Below, piece after piece: positions 53,193-62,333 of a DNA stretch of 64,000 nucleotides. The notes below the pieces were generated by a model. The model was not told where the DNA came from. It saw only the letters and a list, made by a program, of their open reading frames with translations, and did not search any database. Source of the DNA: Candidatus Woesearchaeota archaeon (GTDB taxonomy: Archaea > Nanobdellota > Nanobdellia > Woesearchaeales > JAZDKJ01); NCBI GenBank assembly GCA_043803105.1, contig JAZDKJ010000006.1:468671-532670 (forward strand), in the 5' to 3' direction. Within the stretch, counting starts at the first letter, position 1. Each line of letters opens with the position of its first letter. Made by a program: the position numbers and the translations under genes.

Positions 53193-53864
53193 ATGGAATG
53201 GTATAGCAATCTTGTCTTCTTTAGGAAAAGGAAAATACTCCAAAGGTACAGAGAGTTATTTGACAAAATAAACAAGGTTTACCTCCGTGCAGAGGGTATA
53301 CCGCTGTCACCTGTCCCTTCGGAAGCTTATGATCAACTGGTGGTTTATGTTGACTCTGCCTTAGAAACCAAAAAAATGCGACTCCGTGCAAGCGACCTTG
53401 AGGATACGATCTCAAATGTTGCAAAGCATTGTTCGGCTGCGCTTGCAGGTTTTGAATCAGGTTCTCCAATAAAGTATCTTTCAAGTTACTCCGGGAGTAT
53501 CTCTGCCCTTGCCTATCAGCTGCACGAATGGCTTCCAAACCTAAGACACAAAGATGCCTTGTCTTTGTCAAAAAAAGCAGAGGAAACTGTAAAAACTACC
53601 ATGGCTGACTTGCTTGAGCACCTTGCCAAGGTTCCTGAAGAATATACTGAAAGTTCCTTTCATCAGCTTACACAATTTCAGAACCTTGTAAATGCCTTAG
53701 GCCCTGTGGCAATGATAGACCTAACTTATGAAGGTCATAGAAACAGTTTTAAGGAGATTCTAGAACGCAAAATTGACAAATATCTCAAGGAACAAACAGG
53801 CTTGGGGCCTGAAACCAAGAACGATTATCGAGTAATTTCACTTGGAGAAACAGGTGCACAATGA
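53193..53864 (+). CDS. Hypothetical protein
   Basis: TATA-like GTTTATATAC lies ~39 nt upstream. Overlaps the next gene by 4 nt. Confidence 0.45.
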   Translation: MEWYSNLVFFRKRKILQRYRELFDKINKVYLRAEGIPLSPVPSEAYDQLVVYVDSALETKKMRLRASDLEDTISNVAKHCSAALAGFESGSPIKYLSSYSGSISALAYQLHEWLPNLRHKDALSLSKKAEETVKTTMADLLEHLAKVPEEYTESSFHQLTQFQNLVNALGPVAMIDLTYEGHRNSFKEILERKIDKYLKEQTGLGPETKNDYRVISLGETGAQ

Positions 53865-55111
53865 GTCAACCTTATAGGCCTGATTTTGACAGGCTTCCAA
53901 TTAAATCTGAAAAAAACGGTTTTATATCTAACTACAAAAGGCCTTTGACGGTTACAGCAATTTGTGCTGCCTTTATCACAGCTGCAGGTGTTTATTACCT
54001 CAGTCAACCTAAAGCAATAAAGGTTGCTGCCACAGATGGATTGGCATCAATATCCAAACCTTCTTTGCAGCCAGAAACCACACCTAAAATCTCGCTTCCT
54101 CAAATGTCTTTTAATGAACTGGCTAAGCAGCCAAGTATTGAAGAACCTTATTCTCTTTCCTTTGCTCCCGAAGGTACTTCGGCAAAACTCGGTCCTTTCA
54201 ACCAGTCAAGCTTCTTTCCTGTCTACAAAGAGGGTGGCAAATATATTGTCTTAACTCCCAAGGTATTGAAGAAAGATGATGGCAATACATACATGACTAT
54301 TGATACAAACATTGCGAACCTTGCTCAAAAATATGACTTCCAGGCCATCGGAATAAACCTAAAGGTAGGTAAAGAAATTGTAGCCCAAAACATCAATGAA
54401 GTTGGAAAACCAATATCTTTCAAGGTCTCCGGCAAGTTGGAAGAAGCCTTAAAATCAAACAAGAAAATAAATTTCCAAGTTATGGCTCTGCGCAAAGTTG
54501 GGTCCACAAGGCATTATCATATTGTTGCTTCATATGCCAATGGTGTTCTGGATGGCTCTGCCCCAAAGGGCTTGGAATCCATTACATCAAGCCTTTATGA
54601 ATCTGGGCTTAAGGTCAAGGCCTCCTTAGGAAAGTCTGGGGCTTATGATCGAATACCTACTCTTATTGAGCAGTATGTGGGTGAAAAAAACACAGATAAT
54701 GCATCCATCCAACCTCCTACACTTGCGCGGTGGGAAAAAGACTTCAAACAGAAGGTCTTTCAGGCCGCGGACCTATACAAGAGCGCTCTTTCAAGGGGTT
54801 TTGGCCATTCCAAGAGCCTTGAGCATGTTATCGAGCATTCTGACCTTCCTGGCCTTGACACAAAGCAAGATGCTTACGAGGCAGTATACCTGGCAAGGAA
54901 TTTTGGTCATGAGGCAGTAATTGGCAGGTGGAATTCCAAGCTATTTGTCGGCCCAGAAATTTCTAATTACGTTAAAGGCCTGAAATATGCCACAAATCAA
55001 GCAGGAAAGCGTATTTTCACAAACAAAGACATTTTGGAGCATGTTGCTGAAAAGTACGGGCATTCAATGAGCAATAGCACGCTAAAAAAATATCTAACCA
55101 TGGCTTGCTGA
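53861..55111 (+). CDS. Hypothetical membrane-anchored/secreted protein
   Basis: N-terminal TM helix LTVTAICAAFITAAGVYYL. No motif recognised. Confidence 0.45.
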   Translation: MSQPYRPDFDRLPIKSEKNGFISNYKRPLTVTAICAAFITAAGVYYLSQPKAIKVAATDGLASISKPSLQPETTPKISLPQMSFNELAKQPSIEEPYSLSFAPEGTSAKLGPFNQSSFFPVYKEGGKYIVLTPKVLKKDDGNTYMTIDTNIANLAQKYDFQAIGINLKVGKEIVAQNINEVGKPISFKVSGKLEEALKSNKKINFQVMALRKVGSTRHYHIVASYANGVLDGSAPKGLESITSSLYESGLKVKASLGKSGAYDRIPTLIEQYVGEKNTDNASIQPPTLARWEKDFKQKVFQAADLYKSALSRGFGHSKSLEHVIEHSDLPGLDTKQDAYEAVYLARNFGHEAVIGRWNSKLFVGPEISNYVKGLKYATNQAGKRIFTNKDILEHVAEKYGHSMSNSTLKKYLTMAC

Positions 55112-55166
55112 TTGTAAAATTCTTAGCAACACAATCTTTATAAATAAGAAAATATTCTATACATCT

Positions 55167-55346
55167 ATGAAGAAAACGCCTGTTTCAAAGAAAACAGAGA
55201 AGCCAAAGGTTGCCTTTAAGCGTTTCAGGTGTGAAATGTGCGGCGCCACCTCAGATAAGCCTGGGGAGCACTGCGGTTATCCAATGGTTGACTTGCTGAG
55301 TACCGGTTGCATGGGCTGTCAGGGCTGCGGCATGCACGTTAAGTAA
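55167..55346 (+). CDS. Small Cys-rich protein, 59 aa
   Basis: Below the track threshold. MKKTPVSKKTEKPKVAFKRFRCEMCGATSDKPGEHCGYPMVDLLSTGCMGCQGCGMHVK. TATA-like CTTTATAAAT lies ~22 nt upstream. Confidence 0.45.
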   Translation: MKKTPVSKKTEKPKVAFKRFRCEMCGATSDKPGEHCGYPMVDLLSTGCMGCQGCGMHVK

Positions 55347-55373
55347 TTTCTGGGGTGAATTTGAGGCAGAAGT

Positions 55374-56708
55374 ATGTTAGATAACTCTAGACCTTTGGAC
55401 AATACCTTGGAATTGATTCTCAATGAGCAAGGTACTAAGAACTATACTGCTTTCACAAATCTTTTTGCTCCCGAGATTTCTTATGAGCTACGTCCAAAGA
55501 AGACAGCCATTTCTGAGAACGGTCAGAAGATTCTGGTCGCGTTTGTTAAGAAAGGCATTGAACTTTACGGCCCTGCGCAGCGAAAACTTGGCGGTTTGTA
55601 TATTAATCATCCCTGGACTACTGCCAGGGTTCTTGCAGATTTAGATGCTGACCTTGACGTGATTATCGCTGCTTACATGCATGACGTGACTGATCTGGCA
55701 ATAAAGAAGGCACAGAAGAATAGCAGTCTTGAAGACGAGCGTGCCTTTGCTCACCAATATTTGGCTGATTTGATGAAGGAAAGCAATAATGAACTGGAAC
55801 GATTTTCAGTGCCTCAATCTGAAAGAGAGCGCTTCATTGGCTCTTTGCATGAGATTCTGCGCGTTAATATTGGCTTAAAGGACGAATCACCTTACAGGCT
55901 TAGGGGAGACATTTTCAGGTCCAGTGAAGCTCTAAAGGCTGCACTCGTTAAGTTCAGCGATGACTTGTGCAACACCTGGGACCTTGACAGGCCTAACGGA
56001 GAAGAGCCTTCATTGCCATTATGGCTTAGCAATTTGATTGACGAACAACTCAGCTTCAAGACAATAGATGAACTTGAGAACAAGCTTAACATCTTCATAA
56101 CACCCTTGATGTTTTACCTGAACCAATTGCTGCCTGAGGAAAAGAAAAACATCAGCTTAAAGGGAGCGGAAAAAATCAAGAAAATTTACAAGAACATTTC
56201 TCTTATCAACATTAAGCCCGAGGACTTTGAAGTCGGCTATACTGGCGACAAGCATATCCCAATTCTTAAGCATTTGGAAACCAATCTGGTCTCTGCCTCA
56301 AAAATCAAGGCAAGGGAACATGCAGAGCACATGATACGCAAGCACATACATCCATATTATGCAAGGCACAGCCTCAACCTGCTGCGAGAATATGAAGGTT
56401 TCAATGTGGTCACACCTTCTCATAAGTATAGCCCTTTTGATGGCATGTTCGGTTACTTTGATCAAATGATTAAAGGAGATGAGAAAGCAATAGATGCAAT
56501 GAACGAAAACAAGAAGTTACAATTCAAGGCTATTATTCTTCTTTGGAAGCATATGGAGCTGTTCGAAGAAGATCCCTCCCGTAGGGTGCAAGGCCTGGAT
56601 GAGTCAGGCTTGATTGATGTTGTCGGGCCTGTGATGGTTAGGAAACCATTCTATTCAGTCATTGGGAGCGTGGCTGCCAATGCTTCCAAGCTTCTTTTCA
56701 ATCTGTAA
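55374..56708 (+). CDS. HD-domain phosphohydrolase, RelA/SpoT-hydrolase-like N-terminus
   Basis: RKLGGLYINHPWTTARVLADLDADLDVIIAAYMHDVTD matches the H...HD pattern of SpoT/Mesh1-type HD domains. The ~300 aa C-terminal region is unknown. Confidence 0.65.
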   Translation: MLDNSRPLDNTLELILNEQGTKNYTAFTNLFAPEISYELRPKKTAISENGQKILVAFVKKGIELYGPAQRKLGGLYINHPWTTARVLADLDADLDVIIAAYMHDVTDLAIKKAQKNSSLEDERAFAHQYLADLMKESNNELERFSVPQSERERFIGSLHEILRVNIGLKDESPYRLRGDIFRSSEALKAALVKFSDDLCNTWDLDRPNGEEPSLPLWLSNLIDEQLSFKTIDELENKLNIFITPLMFYLNQLLPEEKKNISLKGAEKIKKIYKNISLINIKPEDFEVGYTGDKHIPILKHLETNLVSASKIKAREHAEHMIRKHIHPYYARHSLNLLREYEGFNVVTPSHKYSPFDGMFGYFDQMIKGDEKAIDAMNENKKLQFKAIILLWKHMELFEEDPSRRVQGLDESGLIDVVGPVMVRKPFYSVIGSVAANASKLLFNL

Positions 56709-56718
56709 ATTCATAATC

Positions 56719-56726
56719 TTTAAATA
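56719..56726 (+). promoter_or_regulatory. TATA box for tRNA-Thr
   Basis: TTTAAATA, 25 nt upstream of G1. Confidence 0.5.
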
Positions 56727-56751
56727 TTGACATCTGGTTCTCCGTCGTATC

Positions 56752-56843
56752 GCCTCTGTAGCATAGTAGCTATTGCGCGGCCTTGGTAATTGCACTGCAA
56801 TTCAGAAAGGCCGAGGTCGAGGGCGCACATCCCTCCAGAGGCT
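56752..56843 (+). tRNA. tRNA-Thr(GGU) with a 19-nt canonical intron and an atypical T-loop
   Basis: Acceptor GCCUCUG/CAGAGGC plus U73. Anticodon stem CGGCC/GGCCG, loop UUGGUA[intron ATTGCACTGCAATTCAGAA]A. T-stem GAGGG/CCCUC, but the T-loop is CGCACAU and the D-loop AGUAGCUA lacks GG. Confidence 0.55.
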
Positions 56844-56926
56844 TACATTCCATTTCTTCTGCTTCAAATGTCCTAATTCGGGAAATCCATTGGCTCTGGA
56901 GGCTAGGAGACCTCAGTCGAGTATGT

Positions 56927-56938
56927 CTCCAGAGGCTT
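56927..56938 (+). repeat. Duplicate of the tRNA-Thr 3' end
   Basis: CTCCAGAGGCTT repeats 56833-56844. The flanking GTCGAG is also shared. Confidence 0.5.
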
Positions 56939-56984
56939 TCAAACATGAGTTATCTTTAAATATTAAGTCTGAATAATTCAGCGC

Positions 56985-57356
56985 ATGAGCGACATAGCAG
57001 ATAGTTTCCTATCATTTTTCACCGGTACCAAAGAAGAGCTGTTGCAGAATTTTGAAGTGAAAGTTACGTTCACTTGCGGCCTTGTTGAATTGTGCCTTGC
57101 TGTGTCTGGATTTGCAGGTGAAGAGCTAAGCACGTATCTATTTGTTGACAACCATATTCGTCTCTTAAGAACATTTGGTTCTGCAGCAAAAAACTTCATG
57201 AAACTTGGAAAATTCTATGACTGTAGCTTGGTTCAGCCGGGTCTAGTCGGCACTATAAGGGAGATAACAACATATCTAACCGAGGACACGCAATATCAGC
57301 CAGCTGTTCAACCGACTTCTTTCACTTCTGGTTTAACTTTGGACCGCATTGAATAA
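56985..57356 (+). CDS. Hypothetical 123 aa protein upstream of the GTPase-like gene
   Basis: TATA-like TCTTTAAATATT lies upstream. No motif recognised. Confidence 0.4.
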   Translation: MSDIADSFLSFFTGTKEELLQNFEVKVTFTCGLVELCLAVSGFAGEELSTYLFVDNHIRLLRTFGSAAKNFMKLGKFYDCSLVQPGLVGTIREITTYLTEDTQYQPAVQPTSFTSGLTLDRIE

Positions 57357-57414
57357 ATGCACCGACGTGCCGTAATGGGTTATCTTTAAATATACTTTTG
57401 GCACCAATCTCACC

Positions 57415-58524
57415 ATGGCAGAAATATCTCAAATTATTGCTGATGCAAGCGAGCCTTCTCTTGTTGTTACCATGGCTGGCGCAATAGAGTCTGGTAAGTC
57501 CGAGCTTCTGACTGCCCTGCACAAAGGTTTGAGGTATGCCAATGCCAGTATCAAAATAAATAGGGGCCGGTTCCTTGGTAAAGTTTGGGCAAGGAATGTT
57601 AAGAAGATGTGGGAACGGCAAAACAAAGGAATCCAGAGGCTTGCTGCAACCGATGAACCCGACCTATTACCTCTCTACGCTGTGCTTGATGGCAAGCCAA
57701 CAAAGATTGACATCTACGCGCCGGGAGGCCATTCTTCTGCGGTAAAACTAGATAAACAGCCCGATTGTATGTTATATTTAGTGGATTTGGGTTTGGTTGC
57801 TTTTACTGGCGAACTCTTAAGCAGACATAACGCAGTTTTTCCTTTATGGGAGAACTATGTTAAGATTGAAGGCGCAGCGAGTGCAGATTCCATTAGGGAT
57901 TATTTCTATAAGATTTTGTCTTCTCCTTATGTGCAAAGGGATACGCGCGCCTATTTCAGCCAGGATGGCCTGGAAAAATTAGTTGTGCCAGCAGTTCCAG
58001 CATTTGGTTTGCCTCACCGTCTTCGCAAAGAGAAGAGTTTTAATCGCCGTTTAATTCAGATGGATTCCCACAGTTACTTCTTTTATGGTCAAGAACTGCT
58101 GGCTGATGTGGTCGAAAGCCTTATCGAAAGTTATGCTAGTTTAGCTGCTGCAAATGTGCCGGTTTATGGAATCATTACCCATACCAAATCAGCTCCTGAG
58201 CTGGCGTGTTTGAAAGAAGAGGAATTGCTTAAAACAATTGGCATAGAGTTCAACAAATTGACAGAGTCATACCAGCGCTATTTAGCTCTTTATGAAGCTT
58301 CCATCGAAAAGCCAATCTTCAATTTCTCAAACTCCAGCAAAATAAAGAATTGGCAACTAATTGATTCAGTCAACGCAAACAAGGCGCACATTATCCAAGC
58401 AATGCATCAAATACTTTCAGCTACCTTAAAGGAAAAAGGTTATCAGGCTGAAGATTTCAAGCTAATCTCATTTTCGCCAAATAAGCAAGGCAATAGCTCT
58501 GTTATTCCTTACTCTCAGCTCTAA
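57415..58524 (+). CDS. Divergent P-loop GTPase-like protein
   Basis: Walker A/G1 MAGAIESGKSEL. G3-like KIDIYAPGGH (compare DxPGH of translational GTPases). Possible degenerate G4 ITHTKSA, about 160 aa further on. Confidence 0.55.
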   Translation: MAEISQIIADASEPSLVVTMAGAIESGKSELLTALHKGLRYANASIKINRGRFLGKVWARNVKKMWERQNKGIQRLAATDEPDLLPLYAVLDGKPTKIDIYAPGGHSSAVKLDKQPDCMLYLVDLGLVAFTGELLSRHNAVFPLWENYVKIEGAASADSIRDYFYKILSSPYVQRDTRAYFSQDGLEKLVVPAVPAFGLPHRLRKEKSFNRRLIQMDSHSYFFYGQELLADVVESLIESYASLAAANVPVYGIITHTKSAPELACLKEEELLKTIGIEFNKLTESYQRYLALYEASIEKPIFNFSNSSKIKNWQLIDSVNANKAHIIQAMHQILSATLKEKGYQAEDFKLISFSPNKQGNSSVIPYSQL

Positions 58525-58642
58525 TTCCAAGCTTCACAATTGATTGTAGCAATCCCTTGCTTAAGAGTAATCTTTATACTGCCCCAGCTAAATATCTGCT
58601 CAACAATGTTTTGGTCGTAATCATTTAGAAAAATTTCTTGCT

Positions 58643-59620
58643 TTAAAGCATCCTGTCAGTGGTTATCACATAGCAATGCTCTTCCACCCTTCCAGCAGCC
58701 TTGGCATTTACTCCTTCCTGGCACAACAGGGTTGCAATCTGGACCGACAATTCTCTTGTGCCTGTGTACCATCTGCCTCTGGTTGATGGCATTAGAAGAG
58801 CATAGCCTTTAAGAAATGCTGCTCTGTCAAAACCCACTTTTGGCAGTTCAGTTCGGTTGCTGTCATATATTCCGCCAAAAGGAAGTCCGATCGTCTGATT
58901 TAGAAATGTGCCCATTGCCAGAGATCCTATTTCGAGCATCGCACCACTGTAAAAAACATCACCGTTACCATAGTTGAAAACAAGATCGCAGTCCTTCCAC
59001 CTGAAGTTTGCATTGAATGCCTTGTTCAGCATAGGAAGGGCTTCCTGCTCTAGATCCAGCTTCTGGCTGTTGCCGCAATAGATCCTTGTTCTTACCTGGC
59101 CTGGTAAAACCTCAGTTATGCTTCCTGCTCTCCACAGTATCCCGAGGATAAAGCTTGTTTCCTTGTTTATTGGAAATGGTATCCTAGTGTTTCTGTGCCA
59201 GTCATGAATGCTCGGTGCAAATGTGCACGAAGGTTCACCATTTTTCTGAAGTTCTGCGTCTGCAAGCGTGTATCCAAGCAGTTCTTGCATATTCGTCGTA
59301 GGTGTGCCCGTAATCATCCTAATATATTGTGCATAAGGCATGTTGAGCTCGTGCAGTATACTGCGCTTATGGCTAAAGAGATGACTGAGCTCTCCTGAAG
59401 TCCTCTTCCTCACTGTTTTTGGGTCGCTTTCAGGAAAATAGGCAATAAGGCCCAACTCGAGGCTAGAATATGACTTTAATCCATGCACGTTTAGAAGCTC
59501 TGCAACTAACAGCATCTTGTGCGCGTTATTGTCCAACCTGCTTAACTTCAGTACATCTTGATTATTGATATTGTATCTCGTCATCAGCTCTTCGAGGTTC
59601 ATGGACATCTGAGTTATCAA
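58643..59620 (-). CDS. Hypothetical protein
   Basis: 325 aa track ORF. No secure motif. Confidence 0.45.
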   Translation of the reverse strand: MITQMSMNLEELMTRYNINNQDVLKLSRLDNNAHKMLLVAELLNVHGLKSYSSLELGLIAYFPESDPKTVRKRTSGELSHLFSHKRSILHELNMPYAQYIRMITGTPTTNMQELLGYTLADAELQKNGEPSCTFAPSIHDWHRNTRIPFPINKETSFILGILWRAGSITEVLPGQVRTRIYCGNSQKLDLEQEALPMLNKAFNANFRWKDCDLVFNYGNGDVFYSGAMLEIGSLAMGTFLNQTIGLPFGGIYDSNRTELPKVGFDRAAFLKGYALLMPSTRGRWYTGTRELSVQIATLLCQEGVNAKAAGRVEEHCYVITTDRML

Positions 59621-59849
59621 AGAGATTTTAAAGCTTTAGAAAAGCTTTGAAAAAATAATACCTTCGACAGGGTCAAAGCACATTCCTATATAGAACTCTT
59701 CTATGCTCTCTTTGCCTTGGCTTACTAGCTTGAATGCCATACTGTAAGAATACAAGCAATTAAAAGTTTTAAAAGCTTACGGTTCTCGACTTCGCACACC
59801 TTACTTTCCAGTAATCTTTATAAGGCTTAAACCAACTATCTGCTTCAGA

Positions 59850-60527
59850 ATGTCCCACAAATCAATCAAGGAAACAAGGAATCTTATAATGAACTATTCT
59901 TCCATTTTGGTAATTAAATCATCTTTTATCAAGCCGTCAGATGTTCCGCGGGCCTTGCCCCACTGGGAAAGTGAGGACCTTGTTGAAAAAGGCAAAGGGC
60001 CTTCATGCGTCCGCATTGTGCCTGAAGAGGTCAGGCAATTCTTTGAATTGAATCCCAAGCAGGAACAATTTGTCCATTATGACGGTTTTGTCTATAGCCG
60101 ACCCCACACACAAACACGGCAGTTTCTTAACCAACCTGCCGCTAGACGCGCTGAAATATTAAAGGTGCTGGGTGGTGATTACTACGGAAAATCTTGGAAT
60201 ATGAGCGCAAACATTGTCTCGTTGTTTGACAAGGATCAACCCATAGGTTCGCTCACTTCAGAATTGGAAAAGGCGGTCAGAACACAAGTAAACCCTGCAG
60301 ACTTGCTGGCAGGATGGCAATTTGATAAAGCGCTTGGTGCACATAAGTTACCTGAAGCGGATAGCTTTTGTTTGTGTTTTGATGAGGCAGGCAGGCAGAA
60401 TCCGGCTGTGCGCGTCTGCGGCATTGACTTGTACTGCCAAGGCCCAAGAATACACCAACTACATAGTATACAAAGGCTTCTTACCATTGGTTCTGTGCAT
60501 TACAGGCCAATCCTTCAGAAGCATTAA
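59850..60527 (+). CDS. Hypothetical protein
   Basis: TATA-like AATCTTTATAAGG lies upstream. No motif recognised. Confidence 0.45.
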   Translation: MSHKSIKETRNLIMNYSSILVIKSSFIKPSDVPRALPHWESEDLVEKGKGPSCVRIVPEEVRQFFELNPKQEQFVHYDGFVYSRPHTQTRQFLNQPAARRAEILKVLGGDYYGKSWNMSANIVSLFDKDQPIGSLTSELEKAVRTQVNPADLLAGWQFDKALGAHKLPEADSFCLCFDEAGRQNPAVRVCGIDLYCQGPRIHQLHSIQRLLTIGSVHYRPILQKH

Positions 60528-60530
60528 AGT

Positions 60531-61082
60531 TTATCTTTTTCTCTTTTTGTCAAATACCCTGTTAAACGCCTTTCCAAGGTTATACAAAGCCAGCTTGAAC
60601 TCTTCCCCAACTTCATCCCACTCTAAATGTTGTTTTTTTCGTTTCTTAGTTTGATGGACTTTCTCAACATAAGGTGGAATTGCCGCCCTGAATATGACTG
60701 TGATGCAGCCTGCAAAGAAAACAATTATTGGGACTATCACATACAACAAACCTATTGGGATGTTCACATTAGAGTTTATGTAGCTATTTAGAAAAAGCCA
60801 AAGCCTGTACAAGAAAGTAACGATGAATATGCTCAGCAACGCGGCACTGAATGGACCAAGGATATTGAAAGGAAAGCTAAAGCTCCAGAAAATGTCGTTT
60901 ATCAGTCCTATGACCATCAGCGCAAGGAATAATAGGATGTTAACATTAAAAAAGGTCACGATGTTTGCGTAGATATCGTTTTGGATAGAACCAGTCAAGG
61001 CATTCGCTATTGCAAGGAGCAAAAGGAATACAAAAAAACCAATAACTCTTGCCAGCACAATATGCGTCACACTCTTTTTCAT
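60531..61082 (-). CDS. Polytopic membrane protein with basic C-terminal tail
   Basis: Four or five TM helices. C-terminal KKRKKQHLEWDE...DKKRKR. Confidence 0.5.
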   Translation of the reverse strand: MKKSVTHIVLARVIGFFVFLLLLAIANALTGSIQNDIYANIVTFFNVNILLFLALMVIGLINDIFWSFSFPFNILGPFSAALLSIFIVTFLYRLWLFLNSYINSNVNIPIGLLYVIVPIIVFFAGCITVIFRAAIPPYVEKVHQTKKRKKQHLEWDEVGEEFKLALYNLGKAFNRVFDKKRKR

Positions 61083-61257
61083 GCATTTGGATAAGATTTA
61101 CTAGTATATAAAACATGTATGTGTAATAGCTTAATCTCCCATCTGAAACTGCCTGCAACCCTTTCGCACGCCTGTAATGGTATGTGTTGAGAATAGCCTG
61201 AGAATATTTAAACCGTGACAAAATTTCTTGCATTGTCTGAGCTAATCAATCAGATAT

Positions 61258-62235
61258 TTAGACAATGCACGACGCTGCTATCATCACTTCATTCCCTTCA
61301 CAGTGATTTGCGTCGATTATTGCAGCAGCGTTGACCAATTTCGGCAGGTTGTCTTTTGCACCAATGATGATTACCTTCTTGTAGAAGTTGGTGCACGAAA
61401 CATCAGTTTTATTTTTTGGTAAATAACCAATTCCTACTTGACCATATGCTGCTGATTGCATTGTTTTAAGAGCAAGGATATTCTTTATATAGTCGCTTTT
61501 TCTGTAGCTGCCCTCCTTTGGTCTCCCTTCAGCATCTGTGATATGAGTGATGAGTTCTTGCTCTTCACATGATAAACGCATATGCTTAGGTTCAAGATTT
61601 ATGATTGGATTAAAAAAGTAGACATTGGATCGCGGATCCTGGCCAGCTAGGGTTACAAAGACGTGGTCGCCAAGCTTTAGCGTCTCAATTAATTTAGCAG
61701 AAATTTGTGCCGCAGCATCCTTTTTTGGGAAATCGAAGGAGTCTGACCCGCTTGGTATTGTCTTCCGAAGGAAGCCAAAGAGTTTCTTCCCATTTGGTCT
61801 GTAGGCACATAATGCCGGGCCTCCTTGGTTTCCTGTTTGCACATACCTGGCGTAAAAGCAGTTGTTTCCTTTTAGCACGCTTAGCGCCACTGAGGCGTAA
61901 AAGGAAAGGACAGGCTTTGCACCTTCTTCAGATCCAACGAGCCAGTAAGGCCCTTGGGCAGAATCATTGCGCGGCATTTTTATTATTCTGCCAGTCTTTT
62001 CTCCAGCTTGCTCGCGCTTCTCATAAAGTTCATCCCTTACCATGTTTGATATCCTTCCTCTTTTGGCATCATTGCTTACTACAACATATCCATTGTAATT
62101 CCAATTATTGTTAAAGATCTCGACCCAGGGGTCAACCTTACCATCCACTCCCGTAACCCTGCCATAGCCGTAAAATCTTATTCTATATATTCCAAACATT
62201 ATTAATCTTTCAAGTTCACTTTCCATTTCTTCCAT
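61258..62235 (-). CDS. Hypothetical protein
   Basis: 325 aa track ORF. No motif recognised. Confidence 0.45.
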   Translation of the reverse strand: MEEMESELERLIMFGIYRIRFYGYGRVTGVDGKVDPWVEIFNNNWNYNGYVVVSNDAKRGRISNMVRDELYEKREQAGEKTGRIIKMPRNDSAQGPYWLVGSEEGAKPVLSFYASVALSVLKGNNCFYARYVQTGNQGGPALCAYRPNGKKLFGFLRKTIPSGSDSFDFPKKDAAAQISAKLIETLKLGDHVFVTLAGQDPRSNVYFFNPIINLEPKHMRLSCEEQELITHITDAEGRPKEGSYRKSDYIKNILALKTMQSAAYGQVGIGYLPKNKTDVSCTNFYKKVIIIGAKDNLPKLVNAAAIIDANHCEGNEVMIAASCIV

Positions 62236-62333
62236 TGGCCTTGCAAGTGTTGGTTCATTTTTAAAGATTTATGTTGCAAAGAACTGTCTGTGAGAATCTC
62301 TTTATAATATGTGCATATGCAATAGCTGAACCA

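Noticed and set aside
52848-53275. Track ORFs 52848..53090 and 53012..53275 (80 and 87 aa).
   Set aside because: They overlap the tRNA-Leu gene, its introns and its promoter. The sequences look like random translation.
56773-56976. Track ORF of 67 aa.
   Set aside because: It starts inside the tRNA-Thr gene and runs through the duplicated tRNA 3' end. No coding support.
58643-59620. Possible degenerate LAGLIDADG fold (SFILGILWRAGSI and AAFLKGYALLMPS).
   Set aside because: Both candidate motifs lack the catalytic acidic residues and the spacing is uncertain. Too weak to call without a profile or structure search.
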